DNA of 64,000 nt from the NCBI GenBank assembly GCA_013239625.1, contig MU053934.1, positions 1,853,031 to 1,917,030 of the forward strand, read 5' to 3'. Positions 1-12,539 of the stretch are shown in pieces (position 1 is the first letter of the stretch; each line of letters opens with the position of its first letter). Under the pieces are notes generated by a model. The model searched no databases, was not told the DNA's origin, and saw only the letters and a list, made by a program, of their open reading frames with translations. This DNA comes from Lama guanicoe. Lineage: Eukaryota. Position numbers and translations under genes: made by a program.

Positions 1-2981
1 GAGCCCAGCTTGGACCACAGGTACTTGGGTCACTTCTGATGTCCTGTGTGTGTACTTCATGCTTCTCTTCCCTCCTTGGGTGAAGGCAGAGGGATTTCTT
101 CCTTTCTCAGGGGAGTATTGTCCTCAACCAGCAGAAGAGACAGACAGACTGGAGTCCTTCCAGGAAGCTGGAGTCCTGAGTTTTTATGCGAATTCCATCA
201 CCAAATGGCTTATAATCTAGGGAAACCTACAATACATCCTTGTAGGTTATTTATTTTATACATAGTAGGTTGTACTTCTTACTCCCCTACCTCTATCTTG
301 CCCCTTGACCTTCTGCCTCCCCTCATTCATTCATTTGTTCATCAACAGATTTTAATCAAGGCTTAAGACAAAGGGCCAAGGACTTCAGGACACGTTCACA
401 AAGTTGTCTGTACGTTGCAATCACCCGGCAAGCTTCAGAAAATACTGACGTGTGTGTGGGTCCTAGCGACAAGGAGTTAATTGATCTGGGACATGACCCG
501 GACTTGGGTAGTTTGCAAGGCTCTGCAAGTAGTTCTGTTGAGCTTGGGAACCACTGCATGAAGGCGGGAGGCGCTTTCCTCTTGTTCTACCACATCAATA
601 TGCTCTTGGGTGTATGTTCTAGCTTCCTTTTAACCAGGGGCGGATTTAAGGGGCAAACTGAGACAGAGGACTCATCTTCCAAAGGGTCTTGCCCACCTCT
701 TCCCTTGGCTCTCATGGGCACCGAGGATATCATGGGAAAAGATACGGTCTCTGTTCTAATACATCGTGGGGGCACAGTTGGGGGATGGACCCCTGATAAG
801 CCATTAGCAAAAGGAGCGGTCAATGGTATGACATGAGGACGGGGAGGAAGGGGTGCTGTGGGAGCCCCTCATGGGGGTGGGCGGGCTGTGAGGAGAGGGG
901 AGGGAGCCCCTGGTGGTGAGCTGTGCCTTGCAATTCTGTTCCCCACCATGTGCATTCCTGGGCCTTGGCATCTGCCAGTCTCCTCACTTAGCCCTCTCTG
1001 CCCGTTGCCTGCGTGCATTTCCAACCAGAGGGGCCATTCATTAAGTTATCTGATGCACACGTGTGATGAGCACCTCTGTGCTGGGCATCATGCCGGCCCG
1101 GCAGGAACTAGACAGGTAAGGACCTGGTGTGTGAAGAGAGCACCACCTCGCCAGCCCTGTGATACCCAGGCGCTCACGGGACACTTCTGGAAGATTCCAA
1201 TTACACTGCAGAAGTGAGGACAAGACTTCCTTCTCCTTTTTGCCGTAGTTGGTCAGCTGTCTCCGTGGGACCTTGGTCTGTCAGATGCACAGTACTAGTC
1301 TTTAACCAAGGACACTCAGGCTCGGGAAACTTCTGCTCCCAGCAGTGACAGAGGGAGACCTGCAGTGGTTCCCGATCACCCCCACGCCCCCCCCGTGAAA
1401 GTAGCTGGGATGGAAGAAAAGTTTGGCAGAGGCCAGATTTTCTGTGTGTACAGGTGGAGTTGGGGACCAAGAGGACGGAAAGATTCACATGAATTCAAAC
1501 GGATGTTGGGACACATTCGGAACACCTGCATTTTCCAAACTGTATATAACTGCACAGTACATTTATAATTCAAACAAAAAGAGCCTTTTATTTCAAAGTC
1601 AACTACACTCTGAGACCCCTCCACCCCCTCCTTGCCCGCCCCGGCCCCCATCACTCATCACAGTCACGCATGTGTGGAATCTCAGTCACGGAGTCTACGG
1701 CTCAGACTGAGGTCTGAGCTACAGTCCCAGTGCCTTGCAAGGAAAAGCTGGTGATTTGAGAAAAGCCATTCCTGAGAGGAAGTATCCTTTTATTGCAGCA
1801 GAATTTATAATTGTGAAAAACTGGACACCGCTAAAATGTTCCAACAGCAGGAGACCCGTTAAATACAAACTGTTCATCCACTTGAGAGAACACTGTGCAA
1901 CGGTCAAACTGATGTTTACAAGAGATGGCAATTGGATTAAGAGGGAAAATGTTTATTTTATCAAGTTAGGTGAAGAAAAGCAGGATGAAAATTGTATATA
2001 CACTTTCTCACTTAAAACCGAACCGGGAGAAACACATCTCTCAACCCTGGGTGTAGGAAAAACAAACAAAAAAAAAACACTGCAAGGAAGCAGATCAAGG
2101 TCACGTTGCAGCTCTGGTTATTTAGAGGTAATTTTGGTTCTTTTTCCCTTTTCCTTTCCACCTTTTTGGGAGCATGAATGTGTCTTCATGGAAGGCCACT
2201 CCTAGGATGTCATCAACAGCTGAAAACAAGAAGCCTAGTCTTTTGCGTTCCTAGACCCAATTCCAGCATGTGTGCATGTGCGTCCGTGTGTAGGGTACCC
2301 CACACCAATGAGCAATCCTGTGACGCCAGCAGGGAGCAGGTCTGGGGCGGCAGCGCTGGGCTCAGGGAGAATGGGGCAACAGAACATCGAAAAGTGACCA
2401 AGATTCTGCACGACCCAAGACAAAAGTGGGAACACATCTTCTTTTGAGCAAGATTTTTTCCCACTCTTTTTTTTTTTCTCTTTAGGATTTTAACATGGTT
2501 ATTGCCAACTGCTGTCCAATTTACTGACCGAGGGAAATGAAGAGGTTTGGATAGCAAGATGTCAACATATTGAATTTTAGGGGCCGTGGGACTGCAGCTG
2601 GACTTGAAACTAGAGCTTTATGGACTCTGGTTATGGCTCTGAGTCATTAGGCAGAAAACATTGAGTTTTCAGGGGAGCAGAGCAGAGGGACGCCTAACAC
2701 CTGGGAAACACGGCGATTTAAGCGAGAGGGTGGGACGGGGGCAGCCAGGGACAGGATGCAGTGCCAGCTCTCGGGTGTCTGCAGTTTCTGCTGGAGAAGC
2801 GCCAGTGGTCAGAAGCGAAGGGCCTGGCCTGCGTTGGCTTGGACCCCAGTTCGGCCACTTCCTACTTACGGGACTGACCACGGGCAGGTTCTCTCTTCTC
2901 TCCGGGCCTCGGCTGCCTCATCTTTAATGTGGGGTAACAATGCTGGTGGGTCTGGAGTGTGGTCTCTTCCTCTGCAGAAGC

Positions 2982-3385
2982 TGTCAGCCTGTCGCTGCTG
3001 CATGGATTCTGGCAGAAGACATGAGACTGGGTCAGAGACAAAGGACTTGTCATGTGGGCAGCACGGGCGTCAGCATGTGGGACAGGGGAGGGGGATACGG
3101 GCCAGATGGATGCTGTGCACCGGGAGGTGTGCGGCGCTGCGGCTGAGGAACCCTGAGCGAGGGGCAGCCACCTCTTCCAGAACGGGTAGGGAGCAAGCTC
3201 GTTCTTTGTTCCAGGGGTACATCACCCCTCATTCCTCAAGATTACTTGCTACAGTCGCCACTCCAGAAATGTCCTGGGGAAAGCACGGTCAGGGCTTCGC
3301 TTGCCCACACACCCAGCAAGAAGCGCAGGCGGCAGGACAAGGAGGCGGCCACCCATCACCTGCCCAGGCCACCGAGAAGATGACA
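2982..3385 (-). mobile_element. Probable old ERV solo LTR remnant
   Basis: TGTCA...TGACA termini about 400 bp apart; internal ctggcagaagacatgagac...gggtcagagacaaagga resembles MER21/MER77-type LTR ends. Confidence 0.5.
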
Positions 3386-4784
3386 AAGATGATGTGAGCA
3401 CACACGCGGGAAGGGCTCTCAGCATCTGCTCTTATCACTGGGGGTGGCGATACAGGGACGGCAGGGGCAGGTAGGAGCTGTGTATCACTGTACATACGAG
3501 ACTGAAGAAAAGTCATTCAACAAGGATTTATTGAACACTTGTACGTTGCAATGCTGGAGACAAAGGAGCGAACGGAACAAAGCTGCTGATCTCCGGGTGC
3601 TCAGGTTCTAGTACAGGGAGGCAGGCCACGGATGAACCAGTAGGGAGCTCGGTGTCCAGGGCCTCAGGGGCCCCGGGAAGGGCTGGGACTGACTAGGGCT
3701 GTCTTGTACAGAAGCACGTTATGGTCCAACTGATGTCGTGACGGTGGCTGCTGAGAGCAGACTAGGCGGTGGGTGCTGCTGGGAAAGAGACGGAAGAGGG
3801 AGGCCAGGCAGGGGGACCAGGCCAGACCCTGGAGCTAGTGTTGCGGGCAGCAGTGGAGGCCCCCCTCCCCCCGGCCTGTTGCAGTCCACAGGCAAGTGGG
3901 GGGTCTTGGGAGTGCCTGGCAGTGCTGGAGGTCAGGTCAGTGCACCGGGAGGCGCCATCTGCTGTCATCACACGGGGGCTGCTTCAGGTTCATGGCGGGG
4001 AGAGGCCAGGTCGCAGCAGCGGGAAGAGGAGGCAGTCAGAAAAGGGGCAGAAACTTATTCCAGAAGTCTGTCATGAGGGAGAGGGCTGGGGTCTTGCAAA
4101 ATCGTTTGCACGTTTAAACGTGGGACGAGTAGAAGGAAAAGCTTAGCTCCCTGTGGGAGGGACAACGAAGCAAAGGCCCTGAGAAGGTGGGAAAGGCCAG
4201 ACTGAGCACAGGTGTAGGGTCAGCTCCTGACAGAGGATTGCCTCTCCCGGGAGAACAGGAAAGAAGGGCGAGCTTGAGGAGAGCCTAGATTTGGGAGCAG
4301 AGAGTTCATTCGGGCAGATGCCCTGTGCCTGCCTCCATTCCCTCCAGGAAACAGGGAGGGCCATGATCAGAGAGAGTGACGTTAGGCGGGGTGGAGATCT
4401 AGGGGGAATTTCAGAGATTTGGCAATTACTGGCGGAGAAGCCAGCGCAGGAGGGATGGTTGAGAAGCACAGGGAAGAAGAGGCCCAGGAGCCTGGGGTGC
4501 GGGAGCCAGACAGAGGTCGCCAGGCAGGGAAGCGCCCCCCCCCCACCCCGAGGGCATTTCCAAGGTGGGAGAAGGGTGGCAGCCAGGACTCAGGAGAGGC
4601 TGAGAGGGAGGGGCGAAGTGGAAGGAGACTGCAGAGGCGGAAGCACGGAGAGCCAGGAAGCAGCACTGGGGCCACTCCCTACTTTTTCCCTCTTTCTTTT
4701 TTCCATCTTCCAAAGTCCAATCCAAGTTCTATCCCTTGAGCTTCAGAGCGAAGCGACAGCGATCACTGAGGATCAAGACGCACA

Positions 4785-7700
4785 GGCCAGAATGGTGTTT
4801 CTCTCTTTTATTTAAAAACAGTGCTTCATTACCATTCGCAAAGGCAGAGGCAGTGCTCCTCCTTCGCTTAGAGTTTATAAAAGCCAGCAACATGATCAAT
4901 AATTTATACACATGGATAGTAATACAAAAAAATAAGGAATAAAAGCTAAAGATCTAACTACTCCGACCTTCACAATTCCAGCTACTTGATAATAAGAGTA
5001 ACCCAATGAATACTGTATGGTCTGAAAGCTACTATACAATATGAGTCTTAGCGAGAGGGGAAGGGAATCAGAGACTGTCACAAAGCCCTGGGTGCTTCTC
5101 TGGAGTCTGCAGGGAAACAGGACCCTGGGCAAGCAGCTCGGGTGTCCTAGGAAGTGATTCTGGGGGGCGGGGAGAGAAGGGGGAAAAGGCAGGTGGTCAA
5201 GTTATACAAGCATCCCAGGTGATGCCCCCATGCCCCAAAGGTACCTGTTTTGCCATGGCGACGGGAGGGGGCTGGAGAATCGGCATGTTGCAAGGAGGGA
5301 TGGTTCCGTCCCCGCCATGGGGAGTGGGGAGAAGAGGAGAGGTTCTGTGGCATTTTTAGCCTTGCAAAGATTTGGACTGAAAAGCTCAGAGACTCAGGCA
5401 GGTCAGCCTGTCAGGGACAAGGAAACTCGACCGGCTCTCAGCACTTTGCAGCCCTAGCTTACGTGTCAGCCCCAGGTTTGCTCCAGCTATTCACAAGCAG
5501 AATTATAACACAAGGGGGAAAAAAAAATCATATCCCTTAGGGGGAAAAAAAAAAGAGGATCAATTCATCACTCGATATATAATACAGCCAAAATGAGCTG
5601 CCAAAACAAGCACACACACACACAAAAATACTGTGAACAGAAATATACCAGAAAACGACTAAGCTGGGAGTCTGGATGGGGTATAGACATTGCTTAAAGC
5701 ACTTATCAGTCCCCGGAAAAAACAAACCAAAAAAATTTTTTTTAAAAAATTCAAAAACTTATGTCCCCCCTGGGCATCTGGCGTTGGTAACAAGGGCGGG
5801 GGTGGGGAGAGAAAAGAGAATCGACGTTCCCTTTTTGCTTGCCGGGGTGAGCTGCGCCCTCACCACACCGGCGGGTGTGTGACCACCGGACAGAGGGCTG
5901 AGCCCCGCCGGCCGTCTCCTTAAAGGCAAGTTTGAGTCGTGGCTGATGAGCAGTTCTCTCCGTTACCAATCCCTGCCAACCAGCACTACCATGGCTGAAT
6001 TGATCTACCGTTTTCCTGAGTAAACTGTAACTGGCTACAGTTCCGGTAACGTGGAGAAGAACACAGCTACTACAGCCGGTGGCAATGCTCGAGGGACCCC
6101 TCCACCCCTCGCTCCTCCTTCCTAGCACATCTGACTCGGGAACTGGAGAACTCACTTTAGCCTCATCTGTAAGCCTTATTTCAGACAAGTGCCGGGGACT
6201 CGACCACACTCACTAAACCAGAGGGCACACGCGGGCTCAGGACACCCAGAGTCTACTTGGAAAGGGCCCTGCTTCGCACTCCAGCTCTTGGATGGCTATT
6301 GCCTGGTTGATCAGAAAGCAAGTATGAAGGAAGTACACAGGAAGAGGGAAAGGGAGGGAAGAGGCTTTTGGACAGTAACATTTCCAAAAAAAATAGTGTT
6401 TTATGCAACAGAGAATCAAGTTTCACTGGTGGGTACTACAAACGGTCAAACATTTTCAAGAGCATGACAAAATCAAAACACACAAATTTACGTTTGATGT
6501 TCACCTTGCCCACTATTGTTTCCTATCTTAAAACAGTGCAAACAGGTAACTTATGCTTTTAAAACACCACTACCCCTTCCCCACCCCCCGAAGTCCCTTT
6601 CCTCATATCATCTGGGGGAAACAAATCCGCAGTTCTGCAACTGTCACTGTGCTGGAGGATCGCAAGCAGCAGAGAAGCGGCCGGAAGTGACGCAAGGGGA
6701 CGGTCCCGATGGTCCCCTCATCCCTCCTGGCAGTGCCCTCCCGGCTGTCCCTCACTTGGCCTCGTTCTCCTGCCAGAGGGACGGGGTGGGGGGGGGTCAT
6801 CACGCCCTTCCTGCAGACCCCTGGGGTTGCTTCCACCCCGAGTTTGAGTTTACACCTCCCTTGCACCTGGAAGCTATGTGACTGGTTACAGGGGGTGGTG
6901 GTGGTGGTGGTTGTGGTTCACCGGCTTGTCTGCTATGTCTCTAGGAAGGCAGAACCTAAACTAAGAGCAGTTCAGCCCCTGAGGAGTCACACTTTTGAGG
7001 AAAGGCTGCTCTCATTGATTTCTATTGAATAGCTCTCCACCAGCTCCCCTTAAACTAAGAGTTGAGCCCCAGGCCCTTTCTTTTTCAAGGAAAAATAAAA
7101 TTGGCTCAATTCCAACTGTGGCTGTTGGAGGGTGATGGTGATGGGAGGTTTGGTAAAACCTGAGAGCCTTAAAAATGATGAATCACAACAGCTGATCTTG
7201 GTGAGTGGGAGCTGAACTATGTAATAAGAATTCTGGAAAAGATCTAAGGACAGCTCTCTGGGCTGAAACAGGGATATTCAGATAAAGGTTTTCACTAGAG
7301 ATCTCCTGAAAGGAGCCCAGCCTCTAAGAGCAAGAAGCTTAGTACAGAAGTCCACATCATGACCCACAGTAAAGCCGTCGGAATCATTCACACACTGCGA
7401 TTCGGCATCGGTAAGTTTTTTTGAATTATCAGCCAGCATCCTCTAACACACTCATGAGATGCCATACTGTCAGATTCTGACTCTGTTCCTTAATCCAAAG
7501 GGCACCAGAGTCAGGAACACACAAGCACTGATGCTTTGAGGAAGCTGCCTCTGATGGAACTGAGTCCCAAAGTTCAAAAGCTGATGGGGATGTGGATACC
7601 ATCAACTGAGGTGCTCCAAGAGCCCCAATTCTCAGTGCTGACACCGAAAACCAAAGGCCCTTTCATAAGAACCAGAACTTGACTTAGTCTTTCTTAGTGA

Positions 7701-10341
7701 AGGGAGCTGAAGGAAGCAGTATGAAAGCCCCCCCTGGCAACGCAGCAGAGGCCCCCTGGAAAACAGAGCTTGCCTGCGGAGTCCTCAGCCAGAACCAGCT
7801 GAACTGAAATGCACAAAAGCTCAGGCTTCTGCCTCTTTTACGAGGGCTGTGGAAGCTGCCTTCTCTGCCTTTCCCACCATCCTTACCTCTTCCCGGAAAA
7901 AAGGAGAGACAAGGCTTGAACTTACTGTCCTATTCTCCTCCCCTGCTCTGGATACAGCCAGTTAGAACTGGCCTTGTCTCCACTGAGGAGCGGCTTGCCA
8001 TTTGTGAGAATGGCCCCAATTGTGAACATGACACAGAATTTCTTAGTTTCTTTAGTCAGTACAAGCTCTCCCTCAAAACAAAAGCAAAAGAAAGAAAAAA
8101 TCCTCCCTGCCCCCATTCCCTAGAACCGTGAAAGCCCCACATCCCTTCACCCCGCCCCCCAACTAAAATATTTATATACACGCAACAAAAATTGTCTGAA
8201 CAGCAACAAACCACACTTTGGCTTGGGGAGGGCGCGCCTAACAATGGCTAATGGACTGGGCAGTCTCGCGTCCCTACTCTGGGCGCTCCTCCCCGGAATC
8301 AGTAAGAATTGCATCGAGGCCTCTAGCTTCCTTGATGTCTACCCGAGTCTCAGGGCAGCCTCTCTCCCAGTTATTAGGAAGAGAGAGAGAATTCTGAAGG
8401 GGGAGAAGATATGTATTATACACAACAGGCCAGTCTCCACCGATATATCCCTCTGCTTACAACGAATGCTTGATGCTGTCCAACGTCAGTCATTTTAATT
8501 CAGGGACGTGAATTGATACCAGTCAAGAACATATGTGGAGGCAGGAGTAAATTTTAAAAAAAATCAAAAAATAAACAAAAAACCCAAACAAACCCATAAC
8601 AGACCAGAAGCTCCATGTCTCTGAATTACTCCCTTTAGCAGCTGTCCCTTGGGTGAAAGGTCACCCTAGTACCAATGTGAATAGACCAGGGAGCCAAACA
8701 GACCGTGCTCTTCTGTTTTCTAATGCCTTCATTTTGGAAATGCTGCAGGACCTTTGCCTTGATCATTAACAGCTAACAGCTAGAGGAGAGACACTTCCTC
8801 CCCTACCTTGATAATGTACATCTAAAATCGAAGCCAGCAGCAGGGGCGGTGACTCACCGCCGAGGCCACCACCTGACTCTTTCTGGCAACGTATGAGACC
8901 CTTGCCATTTCAGACTCTGCTTCCTGTCCGGGAGGGGAGCAACTGCAGGGGTTCTATTTTATGTTCCGTAGTGTTCATGTGGACCATGTGGTCCAGGTGC
9001 TCACTCAGCTGGGTGCCTTTGGAGGATCATGAGAAGCTGGGTGGAATGGCCACGAGGGCTCCAGACTGTGGACAGAGAAGTGACTTGTTACGGCTCTGGA
9101 AGATGAAAATTCCTATGGCTTTGGAGCTCGGACAAAGTGCCTTTGCCTGCCCTCACATGCCCTACTCACCGAAACCTCCAGGGACAGCTGATCTAGGATT
9201 CGGTGCTTTACCCTCGGCTAGCAGAGTCTTTACTACATGTTTTATACATTGTATTGACTTTTTGATGCAAGAGAAAGATCAGGAATACCAGGGTGCCTTG
9301 TCAGACGTCTGACACCCCTTTTCTCATCCTTGCCTGTTTTATTGGCTCTGGACAATTTGTACTTCCCGTCCTCAAGCCGTGCCCCAGACACCTGGGAGAA
9401 ATCTGGCCACTGGCTATTTATTCTTCTGTCCCTGGGTCCTAAATTCCTGAATCTTGAGGACAAAAGAGCAAGGGGTTAGTAACAGGACAGATGAGCTAAG
9501 CTGTGGTTCCATTAAAGGGGAAGAAGCCCAGCAGGAATGCTAGGGTTATAGGAAAGAAAAGAATGATCTTTTTCATACTCCAGGGTTCATTCTGAGACCG
9601 GTTTCCTAATGAGGTGTTTATTATCCACAGTCTGAGCACATGTTTGGAAATATTAATACTATAATTCCAAAAACTATGCCAACTGTCTCAGGCTGTGTGT
9701 GTAAGATGATTGTAAAAAGAATGGAGAAGTCAGGAGGGAAGAGGAGAGGATAGTGTCTTTTGGATGCTCCTGCTTTGCAAGCACAATCCCTACTGTCTGT
9801 GGATTCCAGCCACAGCCAGTCAGAACTGCCTGCCAAAGACCAGAAGCTCAAGACTAGAAGAATATCCTGCCGCAGAGAGAACCCTTTCCACGTCCGCCTG
9901 TCCCCCAGACAGTCAGCACCAGATACACTTTGGTAATTCTGTCTGCTGATTTCTGATCAAATGCATTTATCAGCTCCTAATGTCTCTCCTTTCTCATTAA
10001 CTGCCTCTTCTGTGATTGATAGAAGAAGCTAAGCACGGACATACAGACATGGAAATGCATTATTTTTTTTTTTTACCACAGTTAAAAAAAAAAAGAAAAA
10101 AGAAAAAAAATGCACAATCTTTGGAACAAAAGAATTAAAGGCAGAAATTTAAAGGAAAAATACATATTCAAAGAACATAGTGAGGTATAAAAAAGTATTC
10201 TCTCTTTTTTTGTGTTTTTTTTTGTTTGTTTGTTTGTTTTTCCTCTTCATCTTGCTATAGAGTTCCTCTACTAGTAAATATTGCAATAGCCAGGCCTCAT
10301 GAACTGGGGGGCTGTCCCGTTTGCAGGGGTCTCACGTCACT
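4785..10341 (-). other. RBFOX2: RBFOX2 long 3'UTR, about 5.5 kb
   Basis: Repeat-poor, U-rich stretch from the stop codon to an AATAAA with a downstream GU-rich element. End position inferred. Confidence 0.75.
4807..4812 (-). terminator. Polyadenylation signal AATAAA (distal RBFOX2 site)
   Basis: tttatt on + strand; TGTA about 95 nt upstream and TGTGCGTCTTG about 25 nt downstream on the minus strand. Confidence 0.75.
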
Positions 10342-10386
10342 TCAGTAGGGGGCAAATCGGCTGTAGCCACCTCGGTATAAACTCGC
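10342..10386 (-). CDS. RBFOX2: RBFOX2 last coding segment ASLYRGGYSRFAPY stop (PY-type NLS); alternative frame stops at 10332
   Basis: Acceptor gcag|GCG, TGA at 10342-10344. Confidence 0.97.
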   Translation of the reverse strand, partial: ASLYRGGYSRFAPY

Positions 10387-11946
10387 CTGCAGTGATTAAA
10401 GACAAAAATAATTAAAAGGTTGATGAGAGAAGCATTAAAAGAAGACGACATACATCCTGAGAAGGGATTTGGGAAAACAGCTTCCTTAGAAGCTTCAAAG
10501 CAACTGGTTAGATGCTGCCTAGCGCGTGAGGTCAGGAAACCAACTTCTGCCCCTGAGATTCTCAAACCAGAGCCCACACATTTACTGCTGACCTGATATT
10601 CTCAAGGGGAGAGTATGACAATTGTTCATTTCATCATTTACATGAATTAGTACAGAAGAGAAACTCAATACAGTTTAAAACCAGGTCTGCGAACAGTTTG
10701 ATTTTTAAAAGCATGTGTCTTGTTTACCTCCTTGACTACCTCATTACACTCGTGACTTAAATTTTACCTTCTTACACATTACATGGTCCTCTCTCATTGA
10801 TAAAGTACATCAGCTTTAGGTTGTTCTTGACGTATCCGACATATACACACACACATACATAAAATTGGGGTTTCAACTGGGCTTTATTCCTTTGTTTTAA
10901 TCATTATCTAATGGCTTATCTTTTTCAATCAAAAGTTCCCTAGGATCGTATCTCTCCTTGAGTCATTCTTTTAGTACAGGACTTGTATTATTTTGGTACC
11001 AAATAAAACCTCAGGAATTCCCATCACGTTCTTCATACTGTATGTCTCTACCTCAATTCTAATCACCCACCCCCTGGACCCGGTTACACCCTCCCACAAA
11101 TCTTCATCGGGAGAGATTTAGTGTGAGAAATGGTGGTTCTCTCATCCTTTGCGTCCTGACTGTGACCCATCGTTCTGCCTCCCTCTCAAACACCGTATCC
11201 ACGTTCCCAGATCCCACAACAGCACTGTGGATGGCAGAGGACATCTGGCATGAGGAGGGTTCACTGGGGACTGGCCAGTCTTCGCTGTAGCCAGTGAGTC
11301 CCAGCCACTGGATCTGGAGGTGTCCAGGCCAACACAAAAATACTGTAGCGGGGATTTGAGTTTGGTCAGGGGGATTCCTCTAGATAAGCTCACAGACTTT
11401 TTCGTATACTTCTATGAAAACACAATACTTTGCCACAAATGTTACTAATAAATTATCTTGGTAAGGCATTCACTGGGTAATTTCTAGCACTGTCTACCAG
11501 AAGACAGGAACAGCAGGGTCATTCCTTTGGCATCTGCATGTGAAACAGGCTTAAGTCTTTTTGAAGAATTTACTGTGAAAACTGGAGAATCTTATGTCCT
11601 GACATCTTTGCTAAGACCCATCAATAGAACTACGCCACAGGCATCCGTCCAACATCTGAGCCGATATAAAACAATCCGTTCCCTTCTTCCTCTCCCACAC
11701 AACGCGGTTATTCTGGGCAGACTGTCACTACTCAATTCTTCTCTGCTGTCCTTAACCAGGCCGTGGGTTTCACACTATCACACGCAGATGGAGAAGGTGA
11801 TATGAAATTTCCAGATAGTCCTATTGGTGTTAATACTTTGGCAATGGAAGAAGGGCTGAATTTATTACCTTCCTAGATCTTTATTAGACTGTAGGTAAAA
11901 GTCAGAAGAAGTAAAACATTAAAAAAAAAAAGATACATTCACTTAC

Positions 11947-12019
11947 CACAGCGCCAACTCCATAGCTAGCGGCAGGGGCAAGGGCATGGTAGGGGTCGGC
12001 TGTGTACACCCTGCCATAA
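11947..12019 (-). CDS. RBFOX2: RBFOX2 penultimate exon, 73 nt, YGRVYTADPYHALAPAASYGVGAV
   Basis: Acceptor ccag|T, donor GTG|gtaagt, phase 2-0. Confidence 0.97.
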
Positions 12020-12450
12020 CTGGAAGGAGAGATACAGTCAGGGAGATAAAGGAAAGCCAGTGATCCAAAAAATTTAAGGGGTTAACTGTGCTAAGGACTT
12101 GTGAGTAACTTGGTCTTGGAATGTTATTAGGAAACTAGTAGAATGGAAAAAAAAATCTCTCTAGTCTGCTCCTAAATGCAGTAACTGAAAATATCTGAAG
12201 AACTTCTAGGAAATGGGAGAGAAGGGAGTTGGAGATGAGGAAGAGGGAAACTGGGGTCCAAGCCAGAAACACACAAGAACAAGAGCGAGGAGCAGAGGGG
12301 TCCGTGCCGTTGGGTTTTGGGCAGGATGGAGGCTACAGGAGAAGGCTGGTGGAAGGCCCAGGTCAGCAGCAGCCCCGGCACTAAGTGCCATGGTGCCGGG
12401 GGAGGGGTGATGTGTGGGGAGGGTGCAGGGCTCCCGGCCCCCTGACGTAC

Positions 12451-12539
12451 CCATCGCTGTAGGCGGCGGCGGCGGCGGCAGCAGCTGTGGCTGCGGTCGC
12501 AGTAGCAGGCTGTGCGTATCTGTAGGCTGCATATCCACC
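12451..12539 (-). CDS. RBFOX2: RBFOX2 coding exon, 89 nt, GGYAAYRYAQPATATAATAAAAAAAAYSD(G), dual-coding
   Basis: Acceptor gtag|GGT, donor TGG|gtacgt, phase 0-2. Confidence 0.97.

Noticed and set aside
1..4780. Many 60-210 aa ORFs in the GC-rich region downstream of RBFOX2; possible neighbouring gene
   Set aside because: No recognisable protein, overlapping ORFs in all frames, L2- and LTR-like fragments, no consistent exon structure.
9338..9343. Proximal AATAAA as an alternative poly(A) site
   Set aside because: Hexamer alone with no clear upstream UGUA; cannot be supported without 3'-end data.
11964..12539. Third open frame (poly-Arg) through the poly-Ala exon, ending 19 nt before the last junction
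   Set aside because: All exon combinations I found that enter this frame stop earlier (in M43 or the 32-nt exon), so no route to translation is evident.
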